Positions 39,034-52,338 of a DNA stretch of 64,000 nt are shown here, in pieces (the first letter of the stretch is position 1; every line of letters starts with the position of its first letter). Source of the DNA: Octopus vulgaris (taxonomy: Eukaryota); assembly GCA_951406725.2 (NCBI GenBank), contig OX597820.1, positions 126,976,001 through 127,040,000 on the forward strand, in the 5' to 3' direction. Both the position numbers and the translations under genes were made by a program. The notes under the pieces are model-generated. The model saw only the letters and a list, made by a program, of their open reading frames with translations, had not been told where the DNA came from and did no database searches.

Positions 39034-39525
39034 CTTTCTTTATTGGCCACATAGGGCTGAACAAAGAGGGGACAAATACAAATGTAGAGCTTTTCTTTTC
39101 AAAAATGAAAAAGAAAAAGGAAAAATAGGGAACATATGTAAAATTCCGATCAAAGGGATCAGGAAAAAAAAGTGCTCAAAAGGGATCGTGTGTCACAGAA
39201 GAAATTTTTTTAAAGTAAGAAACAAGATTAGGTTTATCCGTGGAAAGAAAAGCCTACGAAAAAGACCACGGTAACCTCAGGCAGGGAGGAAATATGTTTC
39301 TTTATTAGCCACACAGGGCTGAACACAGAGAGGATAAATTACAAAGTAGAGCTTTTCTTTTGGGGGAGAAAAAAAAGCGGGGTAGGTTTTCGATCAAAAG
39401 GGATCGTAAAAACAGAAAAAAGAAGAGAGAGAAGACGATCAATAGGGATCGTGCATCACAGAAATGTCATGACGTAAAGTGTAAAGGGGGGGGAGCAGAT
39501 AAGGTTCATCCGTGGAAAGAAAAGC
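39033..39525 (-). mobile_element. Two tandem diverged copies of a LINE-like 3' end
   Basis: Units start at about 39035 and 39297 (ttctttatt(g/a)gccaca(t/c)agggctgaaca). The tail resembles that of SINE family B. Confidence 0.55.
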
Positions 39526-39681
39526 TGAATATACAGCATTAATTGGTTGAAATTACAGAAATACGACAACTTTAACAAGAAATAACTTCCAAAATACAGA
39601 ATTTTCTCAACAACACCAAGAGTAAAAGATCTTTTATGTGACACATTCTACCAGTATATGAAGTGTTTAGTTACAAAAAAT

Positions 39682-40087
39682 GGATCTTTTTGGTTTGAAC
39701 GGCAGTTTTTAAAATAATTTCCACGTAACCAGACACTTTTAAACTTTGTATACTGGTAGAATGTGTTTATAAAACATCTTTTTCTCTTGGCTTTATTGAG
39801 AAAATTCTATGGTTTGTAAGATATTTGTTTCTTTTCTACAATTTCTGCAATTTCAACCAATCAATGACGTCTATTGAGGTGAAAAAATTCTGTGCCGTAT
39901 GAATATGTCCCTCGTTTAAGAAACAGATTGGGTTTATTTACATTTGTGAAGAAAAAAGATACCCTTCCCCCCACCCCTAGCCCTAAAACAGATTGAAATG
40001 CAATAGATCGATACTAGGGTCATAATTATGGGTGACATTTTTTTATGATACCACTAGAAAAAACTGCCGTTCAAACCGAAAAGATCC
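39682..40087. mobile_element. MITE family M1, inserted in an older copy of the same family
   Basis: TIRs present. Perfect 8-bp TSD caaaaaat. Confidence 0.9.
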
Positions 40088-40131
40088 CAAAAAATTATTT
40101 TTTAAATCTGTCGGTCAAAAGATAAAGATCC

Positions 40132-40606
40132 AAACATTTTACTTGGCAGTTGTGAAGCGTTTGCGAGACGCGGTGGGCCGAAAACACCCCGAGCTGTGGC
40201 AAAGTGGTGAGTGGTGGTTTCATTACAGCAATGTACCTGCGCACACCACCTTCAGGGTGAGACAGTTTCTGACCAAAAACGGCATGACCTTGCTTACTCA
40301 CCTCCCTACTAGCTCGATCTTGCTCTCTGCGACATTTTTCTGTTCCCCGCGAATGAAAAAAGTCTTTAAAAGGAAAACGTTTAGCAGATGTGGAAGACGT
40401 GATGACAAAAAAGAAAACGACAGAAGCGTTAAAAGGCATCACTTTGCAAGGGTTCTAGAACTGCTTCGAATAGGGGAAAACTCGTCTCGCCGGATGCATT
40501 CCTTCAAATAGAGAATACTTTGAAAGCGACAGAAGGGTAAACATGTAAAACTAAGTGGATAAAATAATATTGCAAAATTCCGGTTTCTTTTGGGTACCCC
40601 ATCGTA
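40132..40606 (+). mobile_element. mariner transposase 3' fragment
   Basis: YLAVVKRLRDAVGRKHPELW..WWFHYSNVPAHT..VRQFL. Right TIR ccggtttcttttgggtaccccatcg|TA. Confidence 0.8.
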
Positions 40607-40686
40607 TGTGTGTGTGAGTGTGCGCATTCCTGCTATATCCTTTTAACTCATCACCTACCCAAAGTATTTCTTTATAAGGAAAAGTT

Positions 40687-41094
40687 GGATCTTTTCGGTT
40701 TGAACGGCAGTTTTTAACATAATTTCTAGGCAACTAAAAAAGTTTAAACTTCGTATACTGGTAGAATGTGTTTATAAAACATCTTTTTCTCCTGGCTTTA
40801 TTGAGAAAATTCTATGGTTTGTAAGATATTTGTTGTTTTTTTCTTCAATTTCAACCAATCAATGACGTCTATTGAGGTAAAAAAAAAACATTGTGCCGTA
40901 TGAATATATCCCTCGTTTAAGAAACAGATTGGGTTTATTTACATTTGTGAAGAAAAAAGATACCCTTCCCCCCACCCCTAACCCTAACCCTAAAACAGAT
41001 TGAAACGCAATAGATCGATACTAGTGTCATAATTATGGGTGACAATTTTATATGACACCTCTAAAAAAAACTGCCGTTCAAACCGAAAAGATCC
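40687..41094. mobile_element. MITE family M1
   Basis: TIRs present. 10-bp flanking duplication aggaaaagtt. Confidence 0.9.
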
Positions 41095-42191
41095 AGGAAA
41101 AGTTTATTCTAGTGGTTTGAAAAGATTGGGAATGTATATCATAAATACTGCATGGACGCCTGTGTATCATCACATGTGATACACAGGACAAGTCGAGAAG
41201 TTAAACTTGCAGGTAATAATTAGAGATTGTTTAACTACAGGTCAGCTTAAATCAGCAGACCTGTCATTAAACACTTTTCCTTCATAACCCTGCTTTTCTC
41301 TTTCTTTCTATTTTTTCCCCGCCAGGACAAACGTACCTAAGACTCTACTATGTAGCTTGTCTTGGAAAACAGTTGTGAATGTTTGGGCCAAGTTTGCAAA
41401 AAAACAACAACAAAATTTTTTCTATACTTACTTTCGTTTTAAATATGTACAAAAACTACGATAATTGTTAGTCTCTCACACCTGAGAATTTATAACCTCA
41501 TTATCGAAAAGTGCCATAAAATATTCACTTTCCTTTCATGGTCACCACGTCCATATAAATGTTTTGAAACTCGATTTAAGACCGCCGTTTAAGAATTAGT
41601 TGTGATTTTGCTGCTATTTCTAGCCAATCTAGCGACTGCGTAGACACTCCTTTCTTAAGTCGATGATCGCATTTTCAATCTGCTGATATATTAGGACTTT
41701 TTTTTCATTGGTTGTTAGTTTAATGTAGTCCTCAGTTACAGGTGTGCAGGTACATACATAAACATAGAGATTGTTTTATAGAAAACTTGAAAGTTGCCCT
41801 GATACAATTCAGTGAACTTAGAAAGTTAACTTTAGAACCGAATCGCTTATTTTTTTTTTATCTTTGGGATTTATTGGAAATTAAACGATTGGAGTTAATA
41901 CAACAATGACGACGAAACCAGGTAAGTTCGCAGATTTTCGTTTCATCCCTATTGATGTTTTATTTTTTCAGTATATCCAGCGGTAGACTGGTTAAATTTT
42001 ACCTGTTTTTCTTTATTCTTCTTCTTCTTCGTGATTATCATTGTCATTTAGCTTGTTGGACAAAAATACTAAGCGGCATTTCGTCCAGCTGTTTACGTTC
42101 TGAGTTCAAATCCTGCTCAGATCGACTTTGCTTTTCATCCCTTCGAGGTCGATGAAATAAGCATGAAGGTTGATGTAATCGACTAACCGAC

Positions 42192-42424
42192 AGAAGTAAA
42201 GAAAACGCACACCACCCGTTTTTGGCGTAACCCTAACTCTAACCCTAAACGTAACCCTAACCCTAACCGCCGAAAACGGATGGTGTGCGTTTTCTTTACC
42301 TTCGCTTTAAGGTTTAGGGCTAAGGTTAGGGTTAGAGTTTAGGATTAGTGTTTAAGGTTAGGGTTTAAGGTTAGTGTTTAAGGTTACGCCGAAAACAGGT
42401 GGTGTACGTATCCTTTACCTCCTT
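42192..42424. mobile_element. Family M2 TIR element(s) with CCCTAA/TTAGGG arrays
   Basis: gtaaagaaaacgcacaccacccgttt..aaacggatggtgtgcgttttctttac, plus a second half copy. Confidence 0.65.
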
Positions 42425-44369
42425 CCAAAAATTTTAAGGTGTTTATAAAACAAACTATAAAAAGGTAATCAACACACCTTAATTAATCTTTGTAGTTGTG
42501 TCAGAATTGACGATTTGTCAATTAGGTGGATTGTATCATGTCGGTTTTGTGTGGTCCCTTCATTTTATACAAGTGTGAGGATGTGTCGATCAACGATTTT
42601 GCCTGTGTGTGTGAGAGAGAGTGAGTGAGTTTCGATAAGTGTCATACACGAAACGCTCGGTCCTTAAGTCACTTGATACTTCTGCCGATTATGCACACAC
42701 ACACACTCAAATATATATTTATATATGTGTCCACGCATACATAGGCATATTATTGTGTTGGGGGCATTATAGTAAGGGCTGCAAGAGAATTAACATTTTT
42801 TTTCTCAAAAGAGCCAAGGCAAAGAGCCAGCCTTCCATCATAATTATTAGATTAGATTAGACGTGCTTTATTATATTTTTTCAATATTTCAGGAAAATTT
42901 GACAATTTCGTTGAATCTGATTTAAAAATGTCGCTGGGTCGACGATAAAAAACACACAACTCGTTTACCTGCATTATATCACCTGTGTGGATTCAGCTAA
43001 TTATATACACATGCTATTCTGCCATACACAATAAGTTCGGGGTGTGAGTAAAGGCGAAATACAGGAGACTATAATACCATAGGTATAGGTGGGTATAAAG
43101 GCAATTACCTACTGATAAAACGATAAAGCTAGTAGTTAAGAAATAGTTTGGAATCAGGCCAACAGAAATAGTGTCACGAATTAACAGGTGTCATGGCTGC
43201 TACCTGTGACAACCGTTGCTGCTGCTGCTGCTGTTGGTTGTGATGGTGACAATCCTGCCCTGCCTGACTACATCGAGGCGCCAGTCGTTTTACAATCACT
43301 CACTCACTTCTCCTATTACCTCATGTCTGTTAAGTTTTAGTTTTCAAAAGATATAAACATTGTGAATTATGGCCTGATTTTGTAGTGTTTCGTTTGGCAA
43401 CTATTCTCATAACATGGACACGACATCCTGCGCAATTTTCTTTCTCTTAGGAATTTATCATGTTTTGATAAAATAAACTCCGTCGATATTTCTGAACATG
43501 ATATTTATTATATATGTGAACATAACTCAAATACTATTATGGTCGCATTAATTGCGAGATATTTTCTTTTAATTATTGTACATGCGGTTTAATATTTGAT
43601 ATTTCGGCAATCAATTAATTATCTAATTCCATTTACATCAGGGATTCATAAGAATATATCAAACCTAAGTTTTGTAACTTCATACTGTATAGGAGATTTT
43701 TTTTTTTTTGGTTTTTTATGAATTTCCGAATTTCTATATTAGTCATCGAAACTTTGGATATTAAACTAGTTAAAAATGCTTCAAAACAAATGTAACCGAC
43801 GATCTCTTTCATTAAGGGTATTCTTTTAACCAGTAAAAGATTCTCTCGTTCGACCTCGCAAATCATTTTGTTAAATTTTGCGTTTGAATTGAGAAGCTTT
43901 TGGGCAACTCTGGTTGATCAGATTATGATAAAAAAGCTTTTCAACCATGCCCATCCCGTCTTTTTAAAAAAAAATTTCTTAGATGTATGTAGTAACACGC
44001 TATGTAATGAGAGTCCTTTACTTATAATAGTAGAGTGTGAGTTTGAGAGAGACTTAGCTGCTATTTCTAGCATACCGAATGAAACACGTCACCCCGAAAG
44101 AGTTCTTCTTTGACTTGTCTTTTAAATTGTTTACAAGACACCCATAGAACAAGCCCCTTTCGATGAAACCCTTTCAAAATGTGAAAAAGGACACAACCCG
44201 GCGATCTTTCCGAGAAAGTATATCAAAACTTAAAGTTCGGCAATACACAAATGGGAAAGACTTCCGTCCGCTTCCTCATTTCCTTCGAAATTTGTTTATT
44301 TTTGTAACTTTATTTGCCAAAAATCCCCGTTTTCGGATACGGAAGTTCTGGAAAATTGCCAAAAATCGG

Positions 44370-44740
44370 CATTACTCTTTACTCTTTTACTTGTTTCAGT
44401 CATTTGACTATGGCCATGATGGAGCACCGCCTTTAGTCGAGCAAATCTACTCCAGGACTTATTCTTTGTAAGCCTAATACTTATTCTATCGGTCACTTCT
44501 GCTAAATTACGGGGACGTAAACACACCAGCATCGGTTGTCAAGCAATGTTAGGGGAACAAACACAGACACACAAACATATACACACACATATATATATAC
44601 ATATATACGACGGGCTTCTTTCAGTTTCCGTCTCTCAAATCCACTCACAAGGCTTTGGTCGACCCAAGGTGTCACGCAATGGGACTGAACCCGGGACCAT
44701 GTGGTTCGTAAGCAAGCTACTTACTACACAGCCACTCCTG
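44370..44740 (-). mobile_element. SINE family A
   Basis: Matches the other family A copies. Confidence 0.85.
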
Positions 44741-46707
44741 TGAAATTTCCCCCCACCCCAACTTCTTCAATATTGACTTTTTTCCCCCAACACAAACCCT
44801 AACCCTAAAATCCTAACCGTAAGTACAGAAACATATGTACACAAATACACATAGACACATACATAGACAAACTACATAAATATAAGCGATTCAGCTGACA
44901 AAAAATCTAAGAAATAAAAAAGTTTTACGGAAATTGACGAACAGAAGACTTCTGATTACTCCGAGAGATTTAAGCTTTGTCTTTCTAAGGATTTTGATTA
45001 TTTCGTTGTTGTTTCTTTTCTTTCTTTTTGCAGTAGGGGTCATTTGTCCAAAGATGAGGTCCTACACCCTAGGATGAACACATACACAGAGAGATAATTT
45101 CTCTTCTATTTAGATTTGAGGAGAATATAGTAAGGAATTGGATTTCTCCAAAGATGGAATGATCTGTTGCTTGCTTACAACTCAAGTTGTGATTTAGCTC
45201 CAGGTCAGCCCCAATGAAACAGAACCGTGTTCGAAGACTTTCCAGACTTAATCATCACTTTTTCTCTCTGGACACAGTTTACTTAAAATTACATAAAACA
45301 ACCTGTTTCACTTTTTTTTTTCTTTATTTCTTCAAAAGATTGTTGGGTGGGGGTAATCTGCAGATTATACTCTTATTTCTAGCATGTCAGGCGACAACAT
45401 AAATGCTCTCTCTCGTTTATGTCGCTTGGACAAGGTATTGTTTAGCCCCCCCCCCCCCAGTCAGTCTTGATCGAGCATATAGTTTCACCCAGTTTATTTA
45501 TGACTATATAATACAGAACAGAGGAAGAATAGTAATAGGTAGATTATTTAATTAGGTTATTTTCAAATTCAAAAATACTGGTTATCGACCCACAATTGAA
45601 TTCCAACTACGCAAGCTTTTTAAAAAGATAAATACTATAAGCTAGTCCTTTCTTTTCCCACTTCCTCACAGTCACTATCTACATTCTTTATCTTATTTCT
45701 TAGTCATTGTCCTCGGCTACAAATATTTACTGCTTTATTCTATTTTGTTTAAGACTGTTTTTTTTTTTATGCTTGTGCTTTATAACATGGGACAGGTATG
45801 GTGTATATACATACATATATATATTTAACTGTCACTCACTTCAACCGCCTACGCTCACAACTAACCTTTGCGCCTCCTTCAAGGTAGGTGACAAGGCTGT
45901 AATATAAGAAGAGCCATATGAGGTGGCCTCTTATCAGCTATAAAAAAGAAAAGGAGTTTTAATACAGTCATTCTTTAAGAATGTTATTGAATTCACATCG
46001 AAATTATTTTCAATATTAGCGAGCTGGCAGGATCTTTACTGCACCGGATAAAATACTTAACGGCATCTGTCCCGACTTTACGTTCTGAGTTCAAATGATG
46101 CCGAGGTCGACTTTGCCTGTCATCATTTCATCCTTTCGGGGTCGATAAAATAAGTACCAATTGACCACTGGACTTACCCTCTCCCCCGAACTTGCTGGCC
46201 TTGTGCCAAAATTTGAAACTAACATTAGCAATTATTGAAAGCTATATTTACATCAGAGAAGAAAATATTTTAAAAATTTGCTTCGATAGAGTGATGGATC
46301 TTCGTCGTTCGACGATGAGGATTCTCTTGTTCGGTCAACTGAATTAACCTGCTAATAGCTGAGCTTTACCTTTTGCATTAGAGACACAATTCACCTGACG
46401 AGCTTCTAAATAGTTTCCGTCTACCCACTTTCAAAAGGTACGGGGTACGAGCTACCCGCAATTATAGAAAATGACATTTTCCCATCGACCTATCTTATCT
46501 CTCCGACCATCCGTTGAAATGAGTTTGCGATTCGCTCTGCTTACTTTCCTTCGTGATAAAAGTCGTAATAATTTCTGCATAACTCGTTTCGCACCCCAGA
46601 TTCTGATTCTGTTGCTACTTAACTCTCTTAAAAATGCCTGTTTTCGAATCACATTTAACAGAGATACTACTTTAAAGGTATAGATGGCGATTGTGTGCGT
46701 GTGTGTG

Positions 46708-47057
<350 letters not shown>

Positions 47058-47972
47058 GGTGCAGGCATGGCTGTGTGGTAAGAAGCTTGCTTCCAACCAC
47101 ACGGTTCTGGGTTCAGTCCCACAGCGTGTCTTTGTGTCTGTATATGTATATATATATACAGATAGTTATAGCCAGTCTGTGGGGTTACTCTGGGTTTCAT
47201 GTCGATAAAGCGCTTAGCTTCAGACCCTAATAGCCAGTGGCCTGTAACCTCATCCAGTTTCTGTGTACCAAATCCATCCACATGGCTTTGGTCAGCGTGA
47301 GGCTGTGGTAGAAGATACTCGCCCAAGATGACACGGGGCAGTTGGAAAACAAACTTCTTACCACACGGAATTAAACAAAAATTCTCTTTGAGGATATTGC
47401 ATATTGTGTAAATCCTAGACACCAATAAAAAGATACAATGGCTAAAACTGGAAATGCCTTTGATCAGTTTGATTATAGGTTTCCCCAATCAGTGGTAACT
47501 TGACCCTCACCACCTACAACATCAACAACAGCATAAAATTTACTATTGCTCTGTCAACATTCTTCTTTATAAATTTCATACCTGAATACGTGCATGATTC
47601 ACCGATAAATGTGAAAACCACTCCTACCGACCTTTTGTCCTCCTTTTCCTTTTCCCCCAATAATTACTATATGTACTACTCTCCTAACATTTTCATGGCA
47701 TGATGTTCGTTTATTTATATAGGAATGTATTCTATAGCAGGCTTGTTCTATAGGTATGTGGGTTTATATTTTTAAATTTATTCTATTTACGTATTTGTAT
47801 AATGTTTTTCTTCAAATTGGGAAACATGGGTAACGGTGACAGGCTGAGGCAGTGCATTTGGTTGACTGAATTCCCGGGGAGTAGAGGATATAAAACTAAA
47901 CGTCATGAATGAATGAATTAAATGCATGTATGTATGTATGTGTGTGTGTGTACATATGTACGTATGTATGTA

Positions 47973-49573
47973 CAGGGTGGCCCGTAAGTCCCTACCCATA
48001 TATACATTTTATGTATCCAGTGTATCTGTGTGTTGTCCCTCATTCTCACTGCATAATATCATGCGGTGCCATGCTCTGTGAGACATTTCCCTCTACATAG
48101 CAGGGATTATTGTTCCAAATGCTGATGTTAACAGCTGCCTTCAATTCATCATTGGAATTACGAGGGGCGTTCAATAAGTAATGCCCCTGACCCACTTCCC
48201 ATAGCAGTAGAGCAACGAAACTTGGCACAGTTATTAGTCTTTTTCTACATAGGAACCACCCAGAGTTACGCATTTCTCCCATCGTTTGATGCGGCTCTGG
48301 AGACCGTTTTTGTAGAAGACCCCAGCTTGGTCCTCCAACCTCAACGTGACTTCAGAAATCAATGCTGCATCATCTGGGAAACGCTTTCCTTTCAAAAACA
48401 ACTTCATGATTGGGAAGAGGTGAAAATCAGAGGGTGCAAGGTCAGGAAAGTAGGGGCGATGGGGAGGAGTTCATAGCCGTTCGCCTGTGCTTCTGATCTG
48501 GCGACACGCGAGTTGTGGACCGGAGCATTGTCCTGCAGGAGGAGGATGCCTTTGCTGATCTTGTCCTGCCTCTTGATTTTGATAACTTCTCTTAATTTCC
48601 TCAAAAGTGAAGCATAATAGACTCCTGTAATTGTGGCACCCTTTGCCAGGAAATCTGTCATCACTACTCCGTCCTGGTCCCAGAAGACTGAGCATGACCT
48701 TGCCAGCGGAGGGCTGCACCCTTGCCTTCTTTGGAGTGGGTGAGTCACGGTGCTTCCACTGCATTGACTGTGATTTGGTCTCTGGATCATCGTGATGGAC
48801 CCAGGTTTCATCCTATGTAATCAGTCTTTTGAAAAATTTTGACTCATCTTCTTGGCACATCTCCAAATTCACCCTCGAGCACTCGACGCGTTCTTGCTTC
48901 TGGAAAGGCGTGAGCAACCTGGGAATCCATCTGGCAGACACCTTTTGCATATGCAAATGGTCATGAATGATAGTTTCCACAGACCCGGTACTAATCTTGA
49001 CTTCATGGGCTATTTGGCGAATAATTATGCGTCGATCTTCCAAAATGGCAGCCTCAACTTGACGGACAGATGCCTCATCAATGGCAGAAGGGGGCAACCA
49101 GATCTGGGAGCTGTTTCCACAGAGCTGTAATTTGCCACTTACTCTATAGAGATATAAATGATTGCACATGCAAAATTTCAGCTAGATCAAACAACTGCAA
49201 GTGGGTCAGAGGCATTACTTATTGAACGTCCCTCGTATAACATTGTTTAGATACAATTTCCTTTATGCATTGCCAAAAAGAGTTATCACATGTTGTCAAG
49301 TCCGGACTGCTTGTGTGCCATTTCATGGACACCAGGGATGTTACTGAACTACAACCAATCCATTTGTCTGGAAAAGTGTCATTAAGATAATCTTGCACAG
49401 TGAGGACATAATGAGCCAGAGCTCCATCTTGTTGAAACCAAATCTCCTTCCTGATTCCAAGTTCTTTGAGTTTCAGTATAAACCAATGTTGGGACATGAA
49501 AAAAGGAAAAAATTATAATGCAGGCATAACTGAATATAACATATGTACGGGTAGAGACTTACAGACCCCTCTG
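47973..49573 (-). mobile_element. rosa/DD41D-like Tc1-mariner element (internally deleted), hosting a nested mariner
   Basis: TA-flanked TIRs cagggtggcccgtaagtccctaccc / gggtagagacttacagacccctctg. WFQQDGA..FPDKWIG..SPDLTTCD. Frame continues KQCY|NSNDELKAAV across the insert. Confidence 0.8.
48161..49235 (-). mobile_element. mariner transposon (N-terminally deleted, frameshifted)
   Basis: TA TSD. About 37-bp TIR cgaggg(g/a)cgttcaataagtaatgcc(c/t)ctgacccactt. Motifs WIPRLLT, DETWVH, SAGKVM, LLQDNAPVH. Confidence 0.92.
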
Positions 49574-49639
49574 TATGTATGTGCGTGGATGTATGTATGT
49601 ATGTGCATGTGTATATATGTATGTATATATATATATATA

Positions 49640-49803
49640 GGCGCAGAAGTGGCTGTGGGTAAGTAGCTTGCTTACCAACCACATCATTCCAGATTCAGTC
49701 CCACTGAGTGGCACCTTGGGCAAGTGTCTTCTACTATAGCCTCAGGCCGACCAAAGCTTTGCGAGTGGATTTGGCAGACGGAAACTGAAAGAAGCCTGTC
49801 ATA

Positions 49804-49854
<51 letters not shown>

Positions 49855-50082
49855 TTTTGCATGTGTGTATATATGTTTGTGTGTCTGTGTTTGTCACCCG
49901 AAAATCGATTGACAGCCGATAGTGGTGTGTTTATGTCCCTGTAACTTAGCGGTTCGGCAAAAGAGACTGGTAGAATAAGTACTAGGCTTACAAAGAATAT
50001 GTACTGGGGTCGATTTCTTCAGATAAAGGCAGTGCTCCAGCATGGCCACAGTCAAATGACTGAAACAAATAAAAGAGTAAAG
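49640..50082 (+). mobile_element. SINE family A, full length
   Basis: Matches the other family A copies. Confidence 0.88.
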
Positions 50083-50134
50083 AATTCGATTCGATTCGTT
50101 TGGTTTCGTTTCGTTTCTTCTTCTTCTCTAAGCT

Positions 50135-50166
<32 letters not shown>

Positions 50167-50173
<7 letters not shown>

Positions 50174-50437
50174 ACTGACCAGACCATCAAATGTTGCTAC
50201 ACATCGCTGGTCACAATGCGCTCGCATTGTTTTAGCCTTCGAGCAGGCCAACAGAAGAAAGAGTGGGAGAAAGAGTGGTGAAAGAGTACAGAAGGGATCA
50301 CCACCCCCTGCCGGAGCCTCGTGGAGCTTTTAGGTGTTTTCGCTCAATAAAGACTCACAACGTCCAGTCTGAAAATCGAAACCTCGATCCTACGACCCCG
50401 AGTCCGCTGCCCTAACCACTGAGCCATTGCACCTCCA
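50167..50437 (-). mobile_element. tRNA-derived SINE family D
   Basis: Head tggctcagtggttagggcagcggactc..ggtttcgatt. Tail also present at 21720-21822. Confidence 0.75.
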
Positions 50438-50869
50438 CACACACACGCACACACACACACACACACACACATACATACATATATATATATATATGATGGG
50501 TTTATTTCAATTTCCGCCTATCAGATCTACTCACAAGGCTTTGGTTAGCCCAAGGCTATAGTAAAAGACATTTGCCCAAGGTACCACAAATGGGACAGAA
50601 CTCAGAACCATGTGGTTGAGAAGCGGGCTTCTTACCACACAACTGCACCTATGCTACTGATATTTTCCACACTTTTTTTAAGAATTTACATCTATATGAA
50701 ATGATTTTTTGAGACATATACTGCAGTTTCAAGGCTTCCCATGGTATATCTAAGTGTGATATAGAGAATACTATTTTGAACTAATTGCTGCTTCTGTCAC
50801 TAATGATAAATGTTGAAGTATATTGCAAACACCAGCTTATCAAGGATCAGGTTATTTTACGATGTTCTT

Positions 50870-51430
50870 CATTGAAAGTTCGTGCCGAATTTTTAAACGA
50901 AAGAAAAAGGTTAATAAATACTTGCCATTACATTTTTAATCAACCAAATATGAACCATTTTGTTGCACAATGCATCTCCATCTTTCCTTTAACTTGAAAA
51001 TATCCTCTTCCCAGAATTGTGGTGGTTTCATGGCAAAGAATTCATCAGGGTATCTTTTTACGTCATCCAAGGAATTGAAATTTTTACCATTAAGACTATT
51101 CTGCAGAGACCTGAATAAATGGAAACCCAAAGGAGCAATATCTGGTGAATATGGAGGGTAGGGTATCACATTCCAGCCGAGCTGCAGCAATTTTTGTCTG
51201 GTTCCCAAAGCATCAAGTGCCGAAAATGAAGTTTCTTATCTTCTATTTTAAAGGGTTACAGAATTAACACAGTTTATAGGAACATAAACCTTCTTCCACA
51301 AAAAGATAGCTTAAATTGTGCTCTAAATGGAGGTGTAGTCAAATCCTGTTTTATGGACTCAACCATGTTCTAAAATAAGTCGAAAGGTAAGCTATTATAA
51401 ATTGGCATGAACTTTCCGGACAACCCAATA
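50870..51430 (-). mobile_element. Internally deleted mariner
   Basis: LGWNVIPYPPYSPDIAP..HLFRSLQNSL. TIR ttgggttgtccggaaagttc(a/g)tgcc. Confidence 0.85.
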
Positions 51431-51459
51431 GTTGTGGCTGTTGTTGGCGTTACGTAACT

Positions 51460-51800
51460 GGTACCCATGCTGGTGGCTCATAAAAAAGCACCTTTCAAGC
51501 GTTAGGCCTCACAGAAGCAATGACAAATGACTGAGACCTTTGGTGATATGCTGTACTTGAGAAGACCTGTCAAGCCAAGTGAAATAATAGTCATGGCAGA
51601 TACTAGTGTCATGGAACTAGCACATAAAATCACCCATTATACTCTCAGAGTGGTTGGCATTAGGAAGGGCATCCAGTTGTAGATGCCATGCCAAAGCAAA
51701 CTGGAGTCTGGTGCAGCCCCTCAACTTACCAGCCCTGGTCAAACCCTCCAACCCATACCAGCATGGACAACAGATGCTAAATGATGATGATGATCATCAT
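51460..51800 (+). mobile_element. Retroposon 3' end with (TGA)n tail (RTE-type)
   Basis: gtggttggcattaggaagggcatccag..cccatgccagcatgga..gatgatgat. Relatives at 55695-55860 (-), 57723-57920 (-) and 59790-60070 (+). Confidence 0.6.
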
Positions 51801-52338
51801 CATGATCATCATCCTCATCATTTGAAACAAAGGCAATGTATTTCAACAGAAATACAGTAATATAAATGGTAAAAACCTTTTAATTAACCAGTTCCATGTT
51901 TGTAATGAAATACATTGCCTTCAGTACAGTTAGTGTTGAAAATTATGAAGAATTTAGAAAAATAGCTTTGCAATTATTCAGCCAATGTTTAGAACATGGA
52001 TTTTACATGAAAATTTGGTAGGAAGTTTAAATTCAGATCACTTTAAAGCAGGAAGGTCATGTCATAAAAGCAAAGACAGTGCTAGATAGTGGGTTGGTAT
52101 CAAAGTGTTAATGAGAATATAAAAGCTGAGATCCGTATGTCATTTCTTGTCTCCTGCAAGTATTTCATTGTGACTATACACAAGACGCTTGACTCTCGTA
52201 TGACTCAATACCCTAAGTAAAATAAGGGGTGTACTATAACAGTATTTACATTGAGTATGCAACACACATCCCTTGAACCATGTTGTTGATATTCATAATT
52301 AGCATCTCTACATTCTCTCTATATCTTTACATGTTGAT

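Noticed and set aside
42625-42665. gtg-tcata-cac GAAA CGCTCGG TC hammerhead-like half
   Set aside because: The 5' core differs at three positions and there is no convincing stem I.
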